Source: an uncultured Acidobacteriota bacterium
GTDB taxonomy: Bacteria > Acidobacteriota > Vicinamibacteria > Fen-336
Length of the DNA: 64,000 nt
Direction: 5' to 3'
NCBI GenBank assembly: GCA_963720545.1
Contig: OY970399.1
Location: forward strand, 832,001-896,000
The notes below the pieces were generated by a model. It worked only from the letters and a program-made list of their open reading frames with translations, had not been told where the DNA came from and did no database searches. Positions 30,138 to 39,149 of this stretch are shown piece by piece. Made by a program: the position numbers and the translations under genes. Position 1 is the stretch's first letter. Every line of letters begins with the position of its first letter.

Positions 30138-30236
30138 TGGCGGAAGCGGGTGGGAATCGAACCCACCGCCGGTGGCATTACCCATCGGCCAGGCGGCTTT
30201 GAAGGCCGTGCGGATCACCAGATCCGAATCACTTCC
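30138..30236 (-). tRNA. selC: tRNA-Sec (UCA)
   Basis: 99 nt: GGAAGUGA start, 6-bp D stem CGGAUC/GAUCCG with UGGU loop, CUUCAAA anticodon loop, long variable arm, GUGGG-UUCGAUU-CCCAC T arm, G discriminator plus CCA; upstream TAAAAT -10 at 30252-30257. Confidence 0.95.
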
Positions 30237-30254
30237 GAAGGCGAGGGGGAGATT

Positions 30255-31172
30255 TTAGGCGGTAAGTGTAGCGAGGGCGCGGCGGATTGCGGCGACATGG
30301 CTCGGGCCGGTGCGGCAACAGCCGCCGATGTAGCGGGCACCCGCCTGGTGCCAGCGGCGCGCGAGCGCTTCCCAGTCGGCGGTGGCGGGGTTGCCTAGCC
30401 ACCGCTTCCCGGTCGCGTCGTAGGTTTCGCCGGAGTTCGGATAGGCGACGAGCGGTTTGTCGGTCGCTTGGGACGCGGCTGCGAGCAGCGGTTCGACATG
30501 TTCCGGAGCCGTGCAGTTCACGCCGATCGCCACCAGTTGCGGAGTGGCCGCGACGTCGCGGACCACGTCCACGAGCGGTGTGCCGTCGCGCAGGCTCGCG
30601 CCGTCTTTGCAGCTCATACTGAGCCACGCTCTTGCGTTTGGTGTTTCCGCCAACAGCTCCGCGAGGACGCGGGCCTCGGTGGCCGACGGGATCGTCTCGA
30701 ATGCGAGGAGGTCGGCGCCCGAGTTCGACAACAGGCGCAGGCGGTCGCGATGGAAGTCGGCGAGGCCTTCCGCATTAAGGTCGTAGTCGCCCGTGTATTC
30801 GGCGCCGTTCGCGAGGTAGGCGCCGTACGGGCCGATGCTGGCGGCGACGAGCGGCCGCTGCCGGCCTTTGGCGTCTGCACGCGACCAGAACCCGTCACGT
30901 GCGCTGCTTGCGATTTCAACGCTGCGGACGATGAGGGCCTCGGCTTCGGTCCGCGGCAACCCCTCGCGCATCAAGCCCGGGACGGTGGCCTGGTAGCTTG
31001 CGCTTGCGATGCAGTCGGCTCCGGCTTCGAGGTATGCCGTGTGAACCGCGGTCAGAGCGTCCGGGGCCTCGAGCAGCAGGCGCGACGACCAGAGCGGGTG
31101 GCTGAGGTCGAAGCCGCGCTTCTCCAGCTCGGTCGCCAGGCCGCCGTCGAGGACGAGGACCCCCGAGGTCAC
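30255..31172 (-). CDS. mmuM: Homocysteine S-methyltransferase
   Basis: LDGGLATELE, LWSS, ASIGPYGAYLANGAEYTG, FETIP, GVNC, YPNSGE, GGCCRT; GTG start overlaps the upstream stop. Confidence 0.94.
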   Translation of the reverse strand: MTSGVLVLDGGLATELEKRGFDLSHPLWSSRLLLEAPDALTAVHTAYLEAGADCIASASYQATVPGLMREGLPRTEAEALIVRSVEIASSARDGFWSRADAKGRQRPLVAASIGPYGAYLANGAEYTGDYDLNAEGLADFHRDRLRLLSNSGADLLAFETIPSATEARVLAELLAETPNARAWLSMSCKDGASLRDGTPLVDVVRDVAATPQLVAIGVNCTAPEHVEPLLAAASQATDKPLVAYPNSGETYDATGKRWLGNPATADWEALARRWHQAGARYIGGCCRTGPSHVAAIRRALATLTA

Positions 31173-31882
31173 GGCAGGAACCGGTACCCCGATCCGTAGA
31201 CCGTCAGGATGTGGCGCGGGTCCTGCGGGTCGCGTTCGATCTTGCGGCGCAGCTTGGCGACGAAATTGTCCACGGTACGGGTCAACGGCGTGCTGTGATA
31301 GCCCCACACCTCGCTCAGCAATTGCTCGCGGCTGACCAGTTCGTTCTTGTGGGCCAGGAAGTAGCGGAGCAGGTCGAACTCACGCCCCGACATCTCGACC
31401 GGACGGGAACGCCGCCGAACCTGCTGGCGCTTCATGTCCACGACGATCTCGCCGAACTGGATGGTCGCCGGTTCGTTCGTGGCCTGGCCGGCGCGACGGC
31501 GCACCTGCACCTTCACGCGGGCCATCACCTCCTGCACGCTGAACGGCTTGCCCACGTAGTCGTCGGCGCCGAGCTCGAGACCCAGCACCCGGTCGATCTC
31601 GGTGTTGCGCGCCGTGATGATGATGATCGGCACGCCCACTCCGCTTTCGCGCAGCTTGCGGCACACCTGGTAGCCGCTGATCCCGGGCAGCATCACGTCC
31701 AGGAGGATCACGTCGGGAGGCTCCTGGGCGACGAGCGCCAGGGCCTTCTCGCCGGTTTCGGCGGCGATCGCCTCGTAGCCCTCGAACTCGAGGTTGTCGC
31801 ACAGGATCACCTGCATCTGCGGCTCGTCTTCCACCACCAGCACGCGGATGGCGGGGTTCGCCGCCGGGTTCGACGCGCTCAT
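31169..31882 (-). CDS. OmpR/PhoB-family response regulator
   Basis: VVEDE, LDVMLP, GADDYVGKPF, RTVDNFVAKLR, VYGSGYRF. Confidence 0.96.
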   Translation of the reverse strand: MSASNPAANPAIRVLVVEDEPQMQVILCDNLEFEGYEAIAAETGEKALALVAQEPPDVILLDVMLPGISGYQVCRKLRESGVGVPIIIITARNTEIDRVLGLELGADDYVGKPFSVQEVMARVKVQVRRRAGQATNEPATIQFGEIVVDMKRQQVRRRSRPVEMSGREFDLLRYFLAHKNELVSREQLLSEVWGYHSTPLTRTVDNFVAKLRRKIERDPQDPRHILTVYGSGYRFLP

Positions 31883-33648
31883 GTCGCCATCGGCAGGAGG
31901 ACGCGGAACTCGCTGCCGCGGCCGGGGCCACTGTCGACGACGATGCGGCCGCCGTGGGCTCTCACGATCGTCTGCACGATCGTCAGGCCCAGGCCGAAGC
32001 CGCGCCGGCGCGGCGAGCTGGACGCGCGGTAGAACTTCTCGAAGATGCGCGGCAGCGCCGCCTGGTCGATGCCGTCGCCCTGGTCGCGCACGGAAATAGC
32101 CAGCTCACCTTCGGCAACCGCCACTTGAACCACGACGTCGCCGGCATCGCGCCCATACTTCACGGCGTTCTCCAGGAGGTTCAGCACCACTTGCTCGAGC
32201 GCCGCCGGGTCGGCACGCACAAAGGGAACGTCGACCCCGCGCTCGAAACGAATCGTAACCCCTTCGGGTGCCGCCACCTGGAATCCCTGCACGGCCTCCC
32301 CGACGAGCGCGGCTACGTCGACGAGGTCGAACTCTAAAACGCCACCCATCGCCTCGACGCGCGAGAAATGCAGGATCTGGTCGACGAGCGCCGAGAGCCG
32401 CTGGGTCTGCGTGCCGATGATCTCGAGGTACTGCTTCAGCTTGTCGGTCGAGGCCACGCGCCCGAGCGACAGCGTCTCGACAGCCCCGGACAGGAGCGAG
32501 AGCGGCGTCTTCAACTGGTGCGAGACGTTGGCGACGAAGTCGGACTGCATTTGCGCAAGGCGAATGGCCTGGCGGTCGAGGGTGATCGCGAAGAAGAGCG
32601 CTATCAGGATGAGCAGCACGGCCGTCGCGAAGAGCCAGTAGCCATGCGCGGCCGCTTCCGTCACCGGCGTCTCCGCGCTGACGGTGAGCGCCCATTTGCG
32701 CGGCTCGGTGTGCGTGCCCAGCCACGGCTGCAGGGTCTCGCCGGGAAAGAACAACATGTCGATGGTGCTGGTGGCGGACGGCGCGCCCGGCGCCACTTCC
32801 GGCCCGTGCACCCGCTGCCCGCGTTCGTCGTGCACGGTCAGCACCAGCCGTGGCGAGCGCGGATCGGGGTTCAGCAGCTTGGGAACCGCGGCGCCCAGCG
32901 CTCCTGCAAACAGGTCGCGACGCTGGCGCTCGAGGTCCACGGTGTACCCCAGCAGCGCGAAGTACTCCTTTTGGCGGCCGTCGCGCCACAGGTAATGGAT
33001 GAGGATCTGGTAGCGGACGCCGTCGAGCGTTTCCTCGATGACGACGAACGGATAGCGCGCCGGGGCCAGGTTGCGAGCCAACTGCAGAACCGCCGGGCCC
33101 ATGCCCGGTTGCGAGAAGAGCGACCCCATCTGGCGCCCGTCGAGGCCGGCGATCTGGATCGCAGCCGGTCCCGATTCCTCAGGCGAGCGATAGAAAAGCA
33201 CCTCGTCGCGCAGGTTGGCGGGCATCGAGTCGCTCCAGAGAAAGAAGCGGTCGACGTACGGGTAGCGTTCCAGGCCCTGGCCGAAGAAACGCGCGACGCG
33301 CGGCAAGTCGTAGCCGAGCAGCTCGGGGTGCCCGATGCCCTCGATGGTGTCGAGTACCGCGCCCGAGAAGCGCTTACGCAGGTGTTCCGTGACCACGGCG
33401 GCGCTCTGCTCGCAAACCTGCTTCACGATGATCTCGGTCTGCGCGCGGTGCTGCGCGGCCGACTCGCGCTGCAGGTACATGACGAGAAGCGCGGCTGAGA
33501 TGAGCGCAACGGTCGCGCCCAGCAGCAGCACGCGGTGGGCGCGCCAGCCGCCGATACCTGCCGTGGTGCGCAGCCAGATCTGCGGACGGGGGCGCATGGG
33601 CGTGCCGCTAGGCCCTGGGGCCTGCCCGGAAGGACCATTCTGTGTCAC
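31879..33648 (-). CDS. Membrane sensor histidine kinase
   Basis: Two TMs around a periplasmic domain, VSHQLKTPL, NLLENAVKY, DQGDGI, GFGLGL; start uncertain. Confidence 0.94.
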   Translation of the reverse strand: MTQNGPSGQAPGPSGTPMRPRPQIWLRTTAGIGGWRAHRVLLLGATVALISAALLVMYLQRESAAQHRAQTEIIVKQVCEQSAAVVTEHLRKRFSGAVLDTIEGIGHPELLGYDLPRVARFFGQGLERYPYVDRFFLWSDSMPANLRDEVLFYRSPEESGPAAIQIAGLDGRQMGSLFSQPGMGPAVLQLARNLAPARYPFVVIEETLDGVRYQILIHYLWRDGRQKEYFALLGYTVDLERQRRDLFAGALGAAVPKLLNPDPRSPRLVLTVHDERGQRVHGPEVAPGAPSATSTIDMLFFPGETLQPWLGTHTEPRKWALTVSAETPVTEAAAHGYWLFATAVLLILIALFFAITLDRQAIRLAQMQSDFVANVSHQLKTPLSLLSGAVETLSLGRVASTDKLKQYLEIIGTQTQRLSALVDQILHFSRVEAMGGVLEFDLVDVAALVGEAVQGFQVAAPEGVTIRFERGVDVPFVRADPAALEQVVLNLLENAVKYGRDAGDVVVQVAVAEGELAISVRDQGDGIDQAALPRIFEKFYRASSSPRRRGFGLGLTIVQTIVRAHGGRIVVDSGPGRGSEFRVLLPMAT

Positions 33649-33672
33649 CGAGTCCGCCTTGACGCGACGCTA

Positions 33673-35490
33673 TCACGGCGCTCCCACTGCGCCGCCGCCC
33701 GTGCTCCTGGCGGCAAAGGCTGCGAACCAGCGCCGGCCGCAAGCGGCCAGGATGATGACCACACACGCCATCATCGTCACGGTCAACGACACGTTGACGG
33801 CGCCGCGCAGGCGCAGGCCGGAGTCGGCGCCCACGGCCATTGGCCAGAAGGTGTGGCGCACGGTCCAGGCTCCCGCCGTGAGCGTCGTGACGCTGACGAA
33901 GGCGAGCGGCAGGAGCGTCACCCAGGCGTAGCGGCCGCGGCCGTTGTTGACGATCACCGTGGTGCCGATGGCGAGCGCGATCGCCGCCAGCAACTGGTTG
34001 GCGATGCCGAACATCGGCCAGATGGTCTCGATGCTGCCGGTCCAGATGAAGTACGCCCACGCCGCCACCACGATGGACGTGGAGAGGAGCGCGCCAGGCA
34101 CCCAATCGGGTCGATCGAAGGGCTTGTAAAGCCTGCCGAGCGACTCCTGCACCAGGAACCGCGCGACGCGCGTGCCGGCGTCGATGGTGGTGAGGATGAA
34201 GAGCGCCTCGAACATGATGGCGAAGTGGTACCAGTAGTCCATGGCGCCGCGCATGCCGGGCACCGCGCTGAAGATCTGCGCCATGCCGACCGCCAGCGAA
34301 ACAGCGCCGCCGGTGCGGCCCGCGACCGTCTCCCCCACCGCCTGCTCGAGGGCGGGCAGGTTCACCGTGTCCATGCCGAGCGTTGCGAACACTGCCGGGC
34401 GGGTGTTGATCGCGAAGTAGTCCGCGGGAAACAGCGCGGTCGCGGCGATCAGAGCCACGATGCCGACGAGCCCTTCCATGAGCATCGCGCCGTAGCCGAT
34501 GGGCCGGATGTCCGACTCGCGGTCGATCATCTTCGGCGTGGTGCCCGAAGCGATGAGCGCGTGGAACCCCGAAATGGCGCCGCAGGCGATGGTGATGAAG
34601 GCGAAGGGAAAGAGCGGCCCGCCGATGATCGGGCCGCCACCCGCCGCGAACCGGGTGAACGCCGGCATCTTCAGTTCCGGGTTGACGATCGCCACACAAA
34701 CGATGAGGAACAGGATGGTGCCGATCTTCATGAACGAGCTCAGGTAGTCGCGCGGCGCCAGCAGCATCCAGACCGGCAGCACCGACGCGGCGAAGCCGTA
34801 GACCGCGAGGCATACGACGAGCGCCTGGCGATCGAGGAGGAAGATGCTGCCGAACGCGGTGGCGGCGATCGGCTTGCCCAGGATTACCGCGAGCAGCAGG
34901 CCCATGACCCCGATCACGGTGGCTTCGGCGATCCGGCCCTTGCGGAAGCGGTACATGTAGAGGCCCATGAAAAGGGCGAGCGGGATGGTGGCGCCGATCG
35001 TGAAGGTACCCCAGGCGCTCTCCGCGAGGGCGTTGATCACTGCCAGGCCCAGCCCGGCAAGCGCGATGACGATGATGAAGAGCACTGCCAGGCCCGCGGT
35101 GAAGCCGGCGACCGGCCCGACTTCGGCAAGCGCCAGGTTCGCGAGCGAACGGCCGCCACGGCGCACCGACGCCCACAGCACGACCGAGTCGTGGACTGCG
35201 CCGCCGAGGCAGACGCCGGCCACCAGCCAGATGAGGCCGGGCGCATAGCCGAATTGCGCCGCGAGCACGGGGCCGATGAGCGGCCCCGCCCCGGTGATGG
35301 CCGCGAAGTGGTGGCCGAACAACACCCAGCGGCTCGTCGGGTAGTAGTTGTGGCCGTCGTTGCGCTCGTGGGCCGGCGTCACCCGCGTGTCGTCGAGCGC
35401 CATCACCCGCGCGGCCAGGAAGGCGCTGTAGTAGCGGTAGGCGATGGCGAGGATGCCCACCGCCGGGAGCAGGATCGTCAGTGCGTGCAC
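33673..35490 (-). CDS. cstA: Carbon starvation protein A transporter
   Basis: [51 protein letters not shown]. Confidence 0.96.
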   Translation of the reverse strand: MHALTILLPAVGILAIAYRYYSAFLAARVMALDDTRVTPAHERNDGHNYYPTSRWVLFGHHFAAITGAGPLIGPVLAAQFGYAPGLIWLVAGVCLGGAVHDSVVLWASVRRGGRSLANLALAEVGPVAGFTAGLAVLFIIVIALAGLGLAVINALAESAWGTFTIGATIPLALFMGLYMYRFRKGRIAEATVIGVMGLLLAVILGKPIAATAFGSIFLLDRQALVVCLAVYGFAASVLPVWMLLAPRDYLSSFMKIGTILFLIVCVAIVNPELKMPAFTRFAAGGGPIIGGPLFPFAFITIACGAISGFHALIASGTTPKMIDRESDIRPIGYGAMLMEGLVGIVALIAATALFPADYFAINTRPAVFATLGMDTVNLPALEQAVGETVAGRTGGAVSLAVGMAQIFSAVPGMRGAMDYWYHFAIMFEALFILTTIDAGTRVARFLVQESLGRLYKPFDRPDWVPGALLSTSIVVAAWAYFIWTGSIETIWPMFGIANQLLAAIALAIGTTVIVNNGRGRYAWVTLLPLAFVSVTTLTAGAWTVRHTFWPMAVGADSGLRLRGAVNVSLTVTMMACVVIILAACGRRWFAAFAARSTGGGAVGAP

Positions 35491-35499
35491 GGCGTGGGC

Positions 35500-36834
35500 C
35501 TAGCCCACGTAGTGCATGGGCTCCATCGGCACCTTGGACATGTTCTCGGCGCCTTGCTCGGTGATCAGGATGCAAGCCGATGAGCAGGTGCGAAGCTGGC
35601 CCGGAACCACGATGTTCGGGTGCCAGCTCAGCACCATCCCGGGCTGGAGCATCAGGCCCTTGGTGCCTTCGGGCGAGATGCGCCAGCCTTCGTGATTGCC
35701 GACGCCGATCCAGTGGCCGATGAGGACGGTGGAGCCTTCCTCGTAGCCCTTGCTCTTGATGTAGTTGTTGCACTTCTCATAGACGCCCAGCATCTCGACG
35801 CCCGGCTTCAGCTCGTTCATCGTGAGCTCGAAAGACTCGTGCACCACCTGGGCGCCGCGCTTCTGCGTCTCGGGGACGTTGCGGCCGACCGCGAACGTGA
35901 ACATGCGTTCGACCTGGTACGAGCGCACCCGCGGAATCGGCTCCGTGAGGATGATGTCGCCCGCCTGGATCTGGCGGTCGACGACACCGCTCGCCCAGGT
36001 GCCCGAGTCGTAGGGAGCCGCGCCGAGGATGAGCCGCGTCGAAGACGCATCGGCACCGGCGCGCAGCATCGCGTCGAGCACGTCGGCGTACACGTCGGCA
36101 TCGAGCGCTCCTGGCCGCAGCGACGACTGGTAAACCGGGAACGCGACCTCGTCGATCATGCGTTGAGAGTGGCGCATCAGGCCCAGCTCCACCGGGTCCT
36201 TGACGATGGCGAGCGAGAACAAGAATCCGTTGGCATCCTCGAAGCGCGCGCGCGGCAACTGCTTCTGCAGGAACGGGGCGAGCAGCCAGTCCACCTCGCC
36301 GCCCGCGAGCCCGATCTTGCCGGCGCCCAGCTTGCGTTCGTTGATGCGCTCGACCACCGCCTTGTAGAAGTTCTCACTGCTGCTCTCGGACATCGGGTCC
36401 TTGGGCACGTCCACGACGTCGTCGAGCCAGATGGTCTTCTTCGCGACGCGCGCATGCGCCGAGCTGTACATCTGGATGAAGAGCGTCGGCGCGCCCTCGG
36501 CGGGGATGAACGCGACGCCGCTCTGCATCGCCGACGGATGGTAGTTGCTGACGTAGCTCAGGTAGTCGAGCGCCCGGTTGCTCACCACGAGCGCGTCGTA
36601 GCCGGCCTTTTTCAGCGCGGCCTGCACTTTGCCGATGCGCTGCTGGCCGTATTCCTTCGAGTTGAGCGTGGCCGCTTCGGGCGGGGCCGCGAACCGGGCC
36701 TGCCGCGGCGGAGCGGCGCCCGCGGCGGCCGTGCTCCCGGCAGGCGTGCCGGCCGAGCAGCCGACGCTCGCGCCGATGCCCATGGCGAGGGCGGCCTTCA
36801 TCACTTCGCGACGATCGACAGCGCGTTGCGTCAT
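35500..36834 (-). CDS. Tat lipoprotein, M24/creatinase fold with non-canonical ligands
   Basis: DRREVMK Tat motif, SVGC lipobox, creatinase-N domain, VKDPVEL, GHWIGVGNHEG, PGMVLSWHP. Confidence 0.85.
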   Translation of the reverse strand: MTQRAVDRREVMKAALAMGIGASVGCSAGTPAGSTAAAGAAPPRQARFAAPPEAATLNSKEYGQQRIGKVQAALKKAGYDALVVSNRALDYLSYVSNYHPSAMQSGVAFIPAEGAPTLFIQMYSSAHARVAKKTIWLDDVVDVPKDPMSESSSENFYKAVVERINERKLGAGKIGLAGGEVDWLLAPFLQKQLPRARFEDANGFLFSLAIVKDPVELGLMRHSQRMIDEVAFPVYQSSLRPGALDADVYADVLDAMLRAGADASSTRLILGAAPYDSGTWASGVVDRQIQAGDIILTEPIPRVRSYQVERMFTFAVGRNVPETQKRGAQVVHESFELTMNELKPGVEMLGVYEKCNNYIKSKGYEEGSTVLIGHWIGVGNHEGWRISPEGTKGLMLQPGMVLSWHPNIVVPGQLRTCSSACILITEQGAENMSKVPMEPMHYVG

Positions 36835-36869
36835 GTTCGTTCCTCGCCTTCCTTGAAACAGGTGATCGA

Positions 36870-38093
36870 TCAGACCTCGACCATGGCCGTCAACGGCACC
36901 TTGGAAAAGATTTCATAGCCCTTGGCCGTCACCAGGATTTCGCGTCCCGCCACCACGATCGCCGTCTTGTCGGGCTGGGTGATCGTCGTGTGATAGCTCA
37001 TGTTCATGCCGGGTTGCAGCGTCATCCCCGCCTTGATGCCGTCGTCGAAACTCGGCCGGTCGTTGTTGGCGAGGCCGGAGAAGTGGCCGTGCCGCCTGAT
37101 CATCTTGTCGAAGCCGTTGCGTTTCAACACCACGTTCGAGGCGTCCACGACGCTCGCAACCGTGGCTCCCGGCTTGATGGCCGCAAGCCCGGCCTGCAAT
37201 GCCTCGAAATTGATGGCTGCAAGGTCCTTCTGCCGCGCCGAGACCTTGCCTATGGCGAAGGTCACCGGCGTCTCGATCACGTAGTGGCCGTAATAGACGA
37301 TGCCCTCGAAGTTCAACACCTCGCCCGCCTGGATGCGGCGGTCGGTGAGCGGCGCCCACAGGTCGTCGGTGCCCGGGCCGTATCCGATGAGCTGGCGGCT
37401 GGTGTCGAGATCCATGCCGGCGACCACCGCCGCCTTGACGAGGTCGGCCAGCACCTCGCGATCCGTGCGTCCGGGCTTGATGGCGGTCCGGCCCGCTTCG
37501 ATCTGCGCATCGGAGACGGCCTGCGCCCGCTTCAGGATGGCAATCTCGAACTCGTCCTTGATGAGGCGCAGGTTGTCCAGGATCTCGTCGCCCGCCGCGA
37601 AGCGAACTTGCGGCAGCGCGGCGCCAAGCTTCGCGCGCACCGCCCAGTCGAACTCGCCGGCCACTCCGACGCTGCCCGACTGCACGCCCGCGGCCTTCAG
37701 TTGTTCCGCGCACTTGTCGAGCATGCCGCCAAGCTCGCGCTCCTGGCGAACGTCCTTCACCCACGTCACGGGCTTGCCGGGCGCGAACAGCACCGGGTCG
37801 CCGGATGCGGGAATGAACGCGACCCCCGGTGCGTGTCCCGTGAGGTAGCGCGTGTCGTAGTCTTTCTGGGAGGTGATGACGAGTGCCGCAAGCCCGCGCT
37901 TGCCGAGCTCCGCCTGCACCGCCTTGACCCGCTTCTGGTAGGTCTCGACGGGTATCGACGGCGGCGTGTCCGCAGCCGCGAGAGCAGGAGCCGGAGCCGC
38001 CAGAGCGACGGCTTCGACGCCTGAGGCCGACGCGATGAGCGCCGTGGAAGCGACCGAACCCTTGATGAACCCGCGTCTTGTCGCCATGAACAC
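36870..38093 (-). CDS. Tat-exported M24/creatinase-fold protein with non-canonical ligands
   Basis: TRRGFIK Tat motif, LRLIKDEFEI, HGHFSGL, PGMNMSYHT, EILVT. Confidence 0.85.
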   Translation of the reverse strand: MFMATRRGFIKGSVASTALIASASGVEAVALAAPAPALAAADTPPSIPVETYQKRVKAVQAELGKRGLAALVITSQKDYDTRYLTGHAPGVAFIPASGDPVLFAPGKPVTWVKDVRQERELGGMLDKCAEQLKAAGVQSGSVGVAGEFDWAVRAKLGAALPQVRFAAGDEILDNLRLIKDEFEIAILKRAQAVSDAQIEAGRTAIKPGRTDREVLADLVKAAVVAGMDLDTSRQLIGYGPGTDDLWAPLTDRRIQAGEVLNFEGIVYYGHYVIETPVTFAIGKVSARQKDLAAINFEALQAGLAAIKPGATVASVVDASNVVLKRNGFDKMIRRHGHFSGLANNDRPSFDDGIKAGMTLQPGMNMSYHTTITQPDKTAIVVAGREILVTAKGYEIFSKVPLTAMVEV

Positions 38094-38097
38094 CCTC

Positions 38098-39132
38098 CTA
38101 GCGCAGCGGCTTGGCGTCAGCCAAGGTCATGAAGCGCGCGGCGTTTTCGCCCAGGTACCAGCGCTTCTCGGTCTTCGACAGCCAGTCGGCGTGGCGGCGC
38201 ACCGCGTCTATGAGCTGGAAGTACTTGTGCTGCGCGTCCACGTAGGGCCAGTCGCTTGCCCACATGATCTTCTCGAAGCCGACCTCGTCGGCCAGCGCGT
38301 GCACCTTCTCCTGCCAGTCGACGTACGGGTATTCCTCGCGTTCGCCCGCGGTTTCAACCCAGATGTTGTCGAACTGCGCGTTCAGGCCGCGGACCGCGTC
38401 GACGAACGCGTAGCGCTCCAGCATGCCGGGGCCGCGCCGCCAGTAGGCGCCGTGCTGCACGGCCCAGTTGATGTTGCTGCCGAAGCGCTTGACGAGCGCC
38501 ACCCACTCCTTGAGGCGCACGTCGCGCTCGGCGGGCGGCGTCTGCTCGAAGGTGATGAGCACCGGCTTCTTCTTTGCCGCCACCGCCATCTCCAGGATGT
38601 CGATGTAGAACTGGTGCGAAAGGCCGTGGCCGGACGGGTAGAAGTTGGTCGGGTAGAACGCGAGCCCCTTGAGGAGCGGGTGGTTGATCTTCGTCTTCCA
38701 CGCCGCCATGTCGTCGTCCTTCGGGTTGAAGACGTCCATCCACAGCAACTGCTCCGGGTACTTCTCGGCCGCGGCGAACATGTACTCCTCGCTGGTGTCG
38801 AGGGCGTTCGCTCCGCCGGGCAGGCTCTTGAGGGTCACGTACTGCAGGTCCTTCGGCGAGTACGACTTCAGCAGGCCCTTGTCGACGCGCGCCCGCTTCA
38901 TCTCCGCGACGAACAGGTCGCCGCCGTACTCGTGCCAGGCGAAATGCGCCTCCATGCCGCGCGTCGGGAACGCGCGCTTCACCAGGTGGACGTGGCAGTC
39001 GATGACGATGCCTTCGCTTTCCGCCGGCGCCTGCGCGCGTGCCATCGCGGGCAGCGCGGCCAGGAACCCCGAGGTTCCGGCCAGGAACTTGCGGCGGGAC
39101 ACGGCGCTTTCGTTGCTCGGCTTCGGCTTCAT
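38098..39132 (-). CDS. Tat-exported amidohydrolase-2 family protein
   Basis: SRRKFL Tat motif, IDCHVH, MWASDWP, GENAARF. Confidence 0.9.
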   Translation of the reverse strand: MKPKPSNESAVSRRKFLAGTSGFLAALPAMARAQAPAESEGIVIDCHVHLVKRAFPTRGMEAHFAWHEYGGDLFVAEMKRARVDKGLLKSYSPKDLQYVTLKSLPGGANALDTSEEYMFAAAEKYPEQLLWMDVFNPKDDDMAAWKTKINHPLLKGLAFYPTNFYPSGHGLSHQFYIDILEMAVAAKKKPVLITFEQTPPAERDVRLKEWVALVKRFGSNINWAVQHGAYWRRGPGMLERYAFVDAVRGLNAQFDNIWVETAGEREEYPYVDWQEKVHALADEVGFEKIMWASDWPYVDAQHKYFQLIDAVRRHADWLSKTEKRWYLGENAARFMTLADAKPLR

Positions 39133-39149
39133 TGCAATGACCTCCGGTG

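Larger units (their letters stand above)
2177..30165. mobile_element. Genomic island integrated at the tRNA-Sec 3' end; no integrase within
   Basis: Flanking 47-bp direct repeats; accessory gene content; visibly more A/T-ending codons than the region right of selC (qualitative). Confidence 0.8.
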
